Program-made: the position numbers and the translations under genes
Shown: piece after piece, positions 57,680-64,000 of the stretch
Numbering within the stretch: position 1 is the stretch's first letter
Layout of the letters: each line of letters begins with the position of its first letter
The notes under the pieces: model-generated
Database searches by the model: none
What the model was told of the DNA's origin: nothing
The model's input: only the letters and a program-made list of their open reading frames with translations
DNA from: Woeseiaceae bacterium
Lineage (GTDB): Bacteria > Pseudomonadota > Gammaproteobacteria > Steroidobacterales > Woeseiaceae
Direction of reading: 5' to 3'
NCBI GenBank assembly: GCA_030065985.1
Contig: JASJCM010000012.1
Coordinates: 136-64,135 of the forward strand
Length of the DNA: 64,000 nt

Positions 57680-59330
57680 CGTCACGTTCCCTGAGCGCGA
57701 GCCCGTCGATTTCGTCGTCATTGGCTCGGGCGCCGCCGGCGGCATCATTGCCAAAGAACTGTCCACGGCCGGGTTCGACGTCGTCGTGTTTGAGCAGGGC
57801 CCGTATCGCAGAGCCGAGGACTTCACTCACGATGAGTACTCGGTCCTGTTCGAGGATGAATTGCTCGGCGGTGGTCCGCAGCTTAGCGGCCAGACCTATC
57901 GCGAGTACGAGCATGAGGAAGCGACGATGCCGGGGCTGCAACCGGTCCGCTATGCGCAGACGGTTGGCGGCAGCAGCGTGCACTTCACGGGAAACTTCTG
58001 GCGATTTCGCGAGCTCGATTTCAATGAACGCAGCATGCTCGGGCCGATCAGCGGGACTAACTTCGCCGACTGGCCGATAACCTACAGGGAGCTTGAACCC
58101 TATTACACGCGCGTCGACTGGGAGATCGGCGTATCCGGCGAGCCTGGGCCCAATGACTCGTTTCGCTCGAAGCCGTTCCCAATGCCGCCATTGCCAATCA
58201 AGTCATCCGGCGTACTGCTCGAGAAAGCGGCGAAGAAACTCGGCCTCACCGCCCAGCAGGAACCGCATGCGATTCTGTCGCAGCCGTTTAACGGCCGCAG
58301 CCCGTGCATGCATTGCGGTCACTGCATGTGGTTTGGCTGCGAATTCGGCGCCAAATCGTCGACGCTTGCGGCCATGATCCCGCTCGCCGAGGCAAGCGGC
58401 CATTGCGAAATACGCGATCGCTCTGCCGTTTTCGGTATTGAAACGGATGAGAGCGGCCGGGCCAGCGAAGTGATGTATTACGACAAGGACGGCAACGAAC
58501 GCTCGCAAAAAGCAAAAGCCGTTATCGTCTCGGCCAACGGCGCCGAAACAGCGCGCCTTCTCCTGCTCTCGGCCAACGAACAACACCCTGACGGACTGGC
58601 CAACTCGTCGGGATTCGTCGGGCGCAACCTGATGTTCAATGCGCATTCCGCCGTTGACGGCGTATTCGAACACCCGCTCAACGACTACCGAAGTGTGCAG
58701 GTCTCGAAAATCATTCACGATTTCTACGAAAACGATGAACAGCGAGGCTTCTACGGCGGCGGCGGCATCGATGCACGCCCACTCTGGGTCACAACGCCGA
58801 TTATTCACGCGATGATGGGCATGCCGCCAGACGTGCCGAAATGGGGCGCCGCGTGGAAGCAGGAAATCGCCCACAACTTCACCCGCCAGATGTCGATCAT
58901 CGGCTCGACGACGTCGCTGGCACTCGATCGCAACAACATCACGCTGCATCCGGAGAACACCGACCAGTGGGGTCGGCCGGCGTTGCGCCTGACGTATCGC
59001 GACCACGACGACGACCTTTCGATGGCGCGGTTCCTGCGCGACCGTTCGCTGGAACTCTTCGACGCCGCCGGCGCGAAGAAATTCTGGGCGCACCCGGTCG
59101 TTCCGACCAACGGTGGCGAGCACCTGCTCGGCACCGCCCGCATGGGTGACGACCCGACGTCGTCTGTCGTTGATCGCTACCACCGCAGCCACGACGTGCC
59201 CAACCTGTTTATTTGCGACGGCAGCAGCTTCGTCACGTCGGGACGCGGCCAGCCAACCATGACGATCATGGCGTTGGCCTTCCGCGCCGCCGAACACATT
59301 GCCGCCGCCGCCCGTTCCAACCAGATCTAG
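57669..59330 (+). CDS. GMC-family FAD-dependent oxidoreductase (large subunit)
   Basis: 553 aa. FAD motif DFVVIGSGAAGG and a conserved C-terminal GMC block HLLGTARMG. It has no signal peptide of its own. Confidence 0.85.
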   Translation: MTGNVTFPEREPVDFVVIGSGAAGGIIAKELSTAGFDVVVFEQGPYRRAEDFTHDEYSVLFEDELLGGGPQLSGQTYREYEHEEATMPGLQPVRYAQTVGGSSVHFTGNFWRFRELDFNERSMLGPISGTNFADWPITYRELEPYYTRVDWEIGVSGEPGPNDSFRSKPFPMPPLPIKSSGVLLEKAAKKLGLTAQQEPHAILSQPFNGRSPCMHCGHCMWFGCEFGAKSSTLAAMIPLAEASGHCEIRDRSAVFGIETDESGRASEVMYYDKDGNERSQKAKAVIVSANGAETARLLLLSANEQHPDGLANSSGFVGRNLMFNAHSAVDGVFEHPLNDYRSVQVSKIIHDFYENDEQRGFYGGGGIDARPLWVTTPIIHAMMGMPPDVPKWGAAWKQEIAHNFTRQMSIIGSTTSLALDRNNITLHPENTDQWGRPALRLTYRDHDDDLSMARFLRDRSLELFDAAGAKKFWAHPVVPTNGGEHLLGTARMGDDPTSSVVDRYHRSHDVPNLFICDGSSFVTSGRGQPTMTIMALAFRAAEHIAAAARSNQI

Positions 59331-59345
59331 ACCGGAGACACCGAG

Positions 59346-59798
59346 ATGAAACACCTCCTTCTGCTGCTGCCGCTACTCATGCTCATGGGCTGTGAAGTCA
59401 AAGTCGACAAGGATGCCGATGTTGAGTACCTGCTGATGCCAGGCATGGAAGACCTGGACCTGCCGTTCTCGTCCGCGGTCCGCGTCGACAACACGCTGTA
59501 TCTGTCCGGCAACCTCGGCAACATGCCGGGCACCATCGAACTCGCCGAGGGCGGCATTGCCGGTGAGACGCGTCAGACGATGGAGAACATCAAGGCCGTG
59601 CTCGAGCAATTCGGCTCGTCGATGGATGAGGTCGTCAAATGCACCGTGTTCCTCGCGGACATGGCCGAATGGGGCGCAATGAACGAGGTCTACAAGACCT
59701 ACTTCGAGAACCCGCCAGCGCGCAGCGCACTTGGCGCAAACGGCCTCGCACTCGGGGCGCGCGTCGAGATCGAGTGTATTGCGGTCCTGCAGCCCTGA
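59346..59798 (+). CDS. RidA/YjgF family protein with a lipoprotein signal peptide
   Basis: Signal peptide MKHLLLLLPLLMLMGC, followed by a full RidA fold (..VKCTVFLADM..PARSALG..VEIECIA). Confidence 0.78.
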   Translation: MKHLLLLLPLLMLMGCEVKVDKDADVEYLLMPGMEDLDLPFSSAVRVDNTLYLSGNLGNMPGTIELAEGGIAGETRQTMENIKAVLEQFGSSMDEVVKCTVFLADMAEWGAMNEVYKTYFENPPARSALGANGLALGARVEIECIAVLQP

Positions 59799-59801
59799 CG
59801 T

Positions 59802-61595
59802 TTACTGCTTGAGCAACTCGTCGCGGCGCTGCCTGAGCGACCTGAGCCGGCGCCGGTCGAGAACGTCGCTCAGGTTCTCCGAGAGGACCTCATCGCCAAG
59901 GGCCGCGAGTGCCTCGCGCCAGCCGTCGGTAATCTCGAGTTTGACGGTCTTCAGGTGAGGCGGTCGGGACCGCGTAGCCTTGAAGGCTCGCTCGTGTTCG
60001 ACGAGGATCAGGCTCCAGTCAGACGGCTCGTACATCATGCGCTCCAGGCTGCGACCCTCGTTGTGGATCAGCGTATCGAATACGTACATCGCGTCCCACT
60101 GCGATGGCAATGCGCAGGGCGCGCTGCTGCCGCGCCCGCTCGTTGAGCGTTGTGCTTCATCGCTCGCGCGATTCGGCACGAACTGCAGCGAACCGTCCTC
60201 GCCATTGACGGTGCGAATGACGGAAACGGGCACCATATCCAGATCGATCAGTCGATCGATTCGATAAGCAGCGACATCAGGATAAAAACCCTTGCCGGTT
60301 CGCCTGGCGAAGAGCGCCGAGACCGTATGCGTGCCGTCGCTGACACGAACGACCGTACGCTCGGACTCTTCATCTTTGGTTGACTCCACGATATCGCCGT
60401 TTCGGAGCAGGACCTGCAGTTGCTCCGGCGACATCTTGCCGGGGCGTGCACCGACCTGACGCGGATGTGCGATCGGCGAATAAGGCTCACTGCCGTCCTC
60501 GTTGTGAACGAGAAGCTCGCCGTCTTGCAGCACGAGCGCGTTACCGCTGCCCTTGTAGTAGAAACCGAGCATGCCCGTATCGACCTCGACCACCAGCCCG
60601 TCGAAGCGCTGCAGTACCCTGCGGTTAGGCGTCGGCGTATGGCCAACGACGACGCGATCCGCGCCGATCGACTCGAGTGCATCCTCGAGCCGATGTTTCT
60701 CGATCAATCCGCTGCACTTGACGTTGCCGCGATACCACAGCGGGCCGTCGCTGCTCAGTACGGCTGAGTCGCTAAGTCTCTGCACGGCCTTGATCGCGTC
60801 GAGCACATCACGCGACTCGTCGAGCGCGGGAACGTAGTTGGTGACGAGCCGTTCATGGTCGTAAAAGCTGTCGGTCGGCAACAGGACGCCGGCATCGGTC
60901 AGCGTTTCGAGCGCATGCACGTAGGTCGAGAGGTTCTTTCTCAGGTTCTTGTTGACGCCTTCGAGCCCCATCTCAATGACGACAGGCGGCAGCCCCCCAT
61001 GCACAAAGGCAGCACGATTGATCACCGCAATAATCGGCTTGTCGAGTAACCACTTACCGTACTTGCCGTCGGCGCTGAACGCCTCGGCCAGGGCAAAGTA
61101 ACCCTGCGGGAACGTGTTGTCGAAACTGTCCCTGAGCGGCGTGGACGCTCCGCCACGGCGGGCTGCCCAGGCCTCGAACCAGCGATCGCGTTCGCGAGAG
61201 GTCTCATCCTTCGCAAACGCGGCATACTCGGCTTTGCTAACGTAACGAAGGTCGCCAATCATGTTCATCATTTCATGATTGCCGATCAGGACATGAACAT
61301 GGCCGCCGGCCTCCTCGGCCTCGCCTTCGAGCCGCATCATGAGATCCATGGCGTCGCGCGAGCGCGGCCCGCGATCGAGCAGATCACCGATGACGACGAG
61401 ATGCGTATCGCCACCAGCCCAGTTGAGCTCGTCATCCAGGATGTCGACGTTGCGCAGCGTCTGGACCATTGCGTCGAAGGCGCCGTGCACATCGGAGATC
61501 GCGACCACCCTGCTGGCACCCTCTACAGGTCCGTCCTCTGCGAATGTGACAGGGGTCGCGAGTATCACGAACAGGAAGGCAGCGAGCATGCGCAT
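59802..61595 (-). CDS. exported metallophosphoesterase (PPP/calcineurin-like) fused to a Fam20/CotH/PI3K-PI4K-like kinase-fold domain
   Basis: Start trimmed to MRMLAAFLFVILATPVTFA (the ORF-track start at 61616 is a TTG). MPE motifs occur in order: ISDVHG, GDLLDRG, GNHE, VHGG, GHTP. The C-terminal 200 aa carry AAYRIDRLIDLDMVPVSV, VFDTLIHNEGRS and LILVEHERAF. Confidence 0.7.
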   Translation of the reverse strand: MRMLAAFLFVILATPVTFAEDGPVEGASRVVAISDVHGAFDAMVQTLRNVDILDDELNWAGGDTHLVVIGDLLDRGPRSRDAMDLMMRLEGEAEEAGGHVHVLIGNHEMMNMIGDLRYVSKAEYAAFAKDETSRERDRWFEAWAARRGGASTPLRDSFDNTFPQGYFALAEAFSADGKYGKWLLDKPIIAVINRAAFVHGGLPPVVIEMGLEGVNKNLRKNLSTYVHALETLTDAGVLLPTDSFYDHERLVTNYVPALDESRDVLDAIKAVQRLSDSAVLSSDGPLWYRGNVKCSGLIEKHRLEDALESIGADRVVVGHTPTPNRRVLQRFDGLVVEVDTGMLGFYYKGSGNALVLQDGELLVHNEDGSEPYSPIAHPRQVGARPGKMSPEQLQVLLRNGDIVESTKDEESERTVVRVSDGTHTVSALFARRTGKGFYPDVAAYRIDRLIDLDMVPVSVIRTVNGEDGSLQFVPNRASDEAQRSTSGRGSSAPCALPSQWDAMYVFDTLIHNEGRSLERMMYEPSDWSLILVEHERAFKATRSRPPHLKTVKLEITDGWREALAALGDEVLSENLSDVLDRRRLRSLRQRRDELLKQ

Positions 61596-61694
61596 CGACG
61601 AGTTCAGCACGTTCAAGGTGTCCGTTACGAAGGAAGCTCAGTGTAGTGGCTATGCTAGACTTTGACCACCAAAGCAACGGACAGATCAACAACA

Positions 61695-62747
61695 ATGACA
61701 CCGCTGCGAATCGTTCTCATTCTGATCCTTGGTATGACTCCGCTTGTCTTGCAGGCGGATGACGAGGAGAAGAAGGTCGCGCCGCTGTTCGCGAGCAACG
61801 ATGTGCTTGCGATCACCATAACCGCGCCGTTCTCCGAGATCATGGAAGACCGTGAGTCTGACGAGGAATTTCCCGCCACCCTGACTTACACCGACGCGGA
61901 GGAAGAAGAGGTCAGCGTCGATCTCGAGCTACGAACCCGTGGACGCTATCGGCGCCAGTCCCGCACCTGTAGCTTCGCTCCGCTCCGGCTCAACTTCAAA
62001 AAATCTGCGGTCAAGGAAACTGTCTTCGCAAAATCCGACAAACTCAAACTCGTGACGCATTGTCGTGACAGGTCACGTCGCCATCAGCAGTCCCTTATCA
62101 CCGAGTATATTGCGTATCGGACGTTTAATATCGTCACCGACCTCAGCTTTCGTGTGCGACCGCTGCTGGTCAGGTACGTAGACTCCAGCGGCGAGGAGAA
62201 GGACCGCGAGGCCTTTGCTTTTGTCATTGAGCATCGCGACCAGCTTGGCAAGCGAATCGGGTTAAACACCAACGAGATTGAAAAGACCAGCATCGAGGCA
62301 CTGGACGGCGCTCACACCAACCTCGGCTCCATGTTCCAGTACCTGATTGGCAACACGGACTTCTCGCCGATACGCGGTGCCGACGGCGAGCCCTGTTGTC
62401 ACAACAACATGCTGTTCGGCGATACGAAAGGCGAGATTCTGGCCATTCCCTACGACTTTGACATGTCCGGTCTCGTGAATGCTCCCTACGCCACCCCGAA
62501 CCCGCGCTTCAAATTGCGCAACGTAAGGCAGCGGCTTTATCGTGGCCGCTGCGCCAACAAAGAGCACATCGACGGATCGGCGGAGACATTCATCCGTCAC
62601 AAAGCCGAAATTTATGCGTTGCTCGACAAGCACTCAGACCTGTCCACTAAAACCAGGATAGTAACGGTTCAGTACCTCGACCAGTTTTACGCCATTCTCG
62701 AGAACGACAGGAGACGCACGTCGCTGCTCACGGACAGGTGCATTTGA
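61695..62747 (+). CDS. exported CotH-like atypical kinase family protein
   Basis: Start trimmed to MTPLRIVLILILGMTPLVLQA. CotH-like blocks: LRTRGRYRR..APLRLNFKK, KLKLVTHC, EYIAYRTFN, FQYLIGNTDFS and IPYDFDMSG. Confidence 0.6.
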   Translation: MTPLRIVLILILGMTPLVLQADDEEKKVAPLFASNDVLAITITAPFSEIMEDRESDEEFPATLTYTDAEEEEVSVDLELRTRGRYRRQSRTCSFAPLRLNFKKSAVKETVFAKSDKLKLVTHCRDRSRRHQQSLITEYIAYRTFNIVTDLSFRVRPLLVRYVDSSGEEKDREAFAFVIEHRDQLGKRIGLNTNEIEKTSIEALDGAHTNLGSMFQYLIGNTDFSPIRGADGEPCCHNNMLFGDTKGEILAIPYDFDMSGLVNAPYATPNPRFKLRNVRQRLYRGRCANKEHIDGSAETFIRHKAEIYALLDKHSDLSTKTRIVTVQYLDQFYAILENDRRRTSLLTDRCI

Positions 62748-62751
62748 TTCG

Positions 62752-63708
62752 CTAAGTCTTGGCGAGCCAGTCGATGATGATCTTCGTCAGGCGTGGGTGG
62801 ATGAAGTAGCCGATCGAACTGTGCGGGTTCGCCTTGCCGTACCGCACCGCAAGATTGAAGATTCGATAGTCATGCACGGCACTGACTTGCCGTTTGCGCA
62901 GCATCGTCCTGAAATCATCTGCAAGCGTTGCATCGTGGCAGGTGTAGTCATCCTCGGCTGACAGGTTGTGCCAGGAGATGACGTTACTCGGGAAACGCGC
63001 TTCTTCACGCTCCTGTGCGCCAAGCAGACGCTTCTGCACGATGCGATCGCCGAGCGGTGAGCCGAGCGTCACCCACTGATCGACCTTGCAATCGCCGTAC
63101 TCGGGACACGTCTCCGTGTCGTTCGACAATTCCCACAGCACATCGTACGCGACCACACTGCCGGTGCCGTGCGTTACAAGCATGATGTGTTTGTTGGCGT
63201 CCATGAGTTCGCAGATCTTGTCGCGTACTCGCGCGCGAGCCTCGTCGGCGAAACCGTCTTCGTTGTTCAGATAAGCAGCGAAGTCCTTCGCCATCCTGCC
63301 GATGACCGGCATTCGCATCCCGACCACGCTGGAAACCGTCGCGCCGATATCCATGAAGAATTCGGGGAGTGCCGACTTGCCGGGCAGCTTGTCGTACATG
63401 CGAATGCCGAATTTTTTGCGCGGCGCTATCTGCGACAGGGACTGCAGCACGTTGCGACGATCACCAACGTCGAGTTTCTCGTCGTACGTTTTGCCCCTGG
63501 CCGCGAGTACGCCCGCGTTGAGATCGCCGTACCAGGCAACGTCGACCGGCAACGCATCGAAACCAGCCACCTGCTCCGGGTAGTCGCGCTCAACGCCCTT
63601 GCGCAAGGCAGTGCGAGCAAGCTCCAGGTAGGTCTCTGCGGCCGGCTTGAAATCCCGACCATGCACGATGAGAAGACTGAAGTCCTTTTGTTCCTCTACG
63701 GCCGCCAT
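62752..63708 (-). CDS. alpha/beta-hydrolase-like protein lacking the canonical GxSxG elbow
   Basis: 318 aa with no signal peptide. Contains LLIVHG, then LVTHGTGSVVAY where GHSxG would be expected, then TLGSPLG. Confidence 0.45.
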   Translation of the reverse strand: MAAVEEQKDFSLLIVHGRDFKPAAETYLELARTALRKGVERDYPEQVAGFDALPVDVAWYGDLNAGVLAARGKTYDEKLDVGDRRNVLQSLSQIAPRKKFGIRMYDKLPGKSALPEFFMDIGATVSSVVGMRMPVIGRMAKDFAAYLNNEDGFADEARARVRDKICELMDANKHIMLVTHGTGSVVAYDVLWELSNDTETCPEYGDCKVDQWVTLGSPLGDRIVQKRLLGAQEREEARFPSNVISWHNLSAEDDYTCHDATLADDFRTMLRKRQVSAVHDYRIFNLAVRYGKANPHSSIGYFIHPRLTKIIIDWLAKT

Positions 63709-63716
63709 TGTAATCC

Positions 63717-64000
63717 CTACTGGTAGTCGTCCTCGCCGCCGTCACGCCGCGTCATCATGGTCAGGAATGGCCCGGACAAGGTCTTGCCATATTCAAGCTT
63801 CCAGATGATAAGCGTCGCCCAGACAAACGTGAACGATATCACCCCGGCAATACCGAGTGCCCCGATGCCGGAACCCAGCCCGACACCGATTGCGACAAAT
63901 ATGTACATGGCGTCGGATGGCTGATTGAGCGTAAAGCGAAAACGCACCGCGGCAACCACGCCGGCGAGACTGAACGCCAGCGCGATGCTGTTGACGACGA
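63717..64000 (-). CDS. DUF4956 domain membrane protein (partial; 5' end lies beyond the right edge)
   Basis: The frame stays open to the window edge (..VVNSIALAFSLAGVVAAVRFRFTLNQPSDAMYIFVAIGVGLGSG..). The (A/I)VRFR..(k/n)(d/q)P.D..(f/y)(l/i)F.AI..G block matches DUF4956 from memory. Confidence 0.6.
   Translation of the reverse strand, partial: VVNSIALAFSLAGVVAAVRFRFTLNQPSDAMYIFVAIGVGLGSGIGALGIAGVISFTFVWATLIIWKLEYGKTLSGPFLTMMTRRDGGEDDYQ

Noticed and set aside
58203-59354. 383-aa minus-strand ORF antisense to the GMC oxidoreductase gene.
   Set aside because: The plus frame has the FAD GxGxxG motif and a conserved GMC C-terminus. The antisense translation is Arg/Val/Ala-rich with no motifs.

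Overview
This is a high-GC, very gene-dense bacterial chromosomal segment with about 70 protein-coding genes. The gene content looks proteobacterial, probably gammaproteobacterial, but that is inference only. I recognise no rRNA, tRNA, CRISPR array, transposase or integrase. All functional calls come from reading the supplied translations, or my own hand translation, for family-diagnostic motifs. No database search was possible. Many ORF-track starts were trimmed to the start that fits the neighbouring stop codon or a ribosome-binding site. Blocks from left to right: (1) A MoxR-DUF58-DUF4381-VWA-VWA/TPR 'Bat-like' operon (1-5019, minus). Its last gene runs off the left edge and is missing from the ORF track. 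(2) A lipoprotein-DUF192-membrane protein trio, an AspC/TyrB-type aminotransferase and a Tat-exported HiPIP. (3) An NAD-linked formate dehydrogenase operon, fdhD-fdsG-fdsB-fdsA (8460-14123). (4) An envelope module of DUF4105, a DUF3015-like protein, a secreted protein, a membrane protein and a SYLF lipoprotein. Its upstream end overlaps the last gene of block 5. (5) A complete five-step histidine-utilisation cluster, hutF-hutC-hutU-hutH-hutG, with divergent hutI and a perfect TGTATATACA palindrome in the shared control region. (6) A Bcr/CflA MFS transporter, a nitroreductase, an Npt1/TLC-like transporter, an exported thioredoxin-fold protein and a 7TM-PAS-GGDEF cyclase. (7) Small lipoproteins, a DM13 protein, an outer-membrane beta-barrel and a PQQ quinohemoprotein alcohol dehydrogenase. 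(8) An orphan AlbA_2/Schlafen-like gene, a LOG nucleosidase with two divergent paralogous phosphoribosyltransferases, a glycerate kinase, a CBS protein and an OsmC protein. (9) An islet of uncharacterised membrane proteins. (10) A ten-gene purine-to-glyoxylate operon, uraH-xdhA-xdhB-xdhC-puuD-puuE-uraD-alc-allA-guaD (46538-56983). (11) A Tat-dependent GMC flavoprotein dehydrogenase plus an exported RidA lipoprotein. (12) The most unusual part (59802-64000). An exported metallophosphoesterase is fused to a Fam20/CotH-like kinase-fold domain and lies divergent from an exported CotH-like protein. Next to them are an atypical alpha/beta-hydrolase-like gene and a DUF4956 membrane protein.
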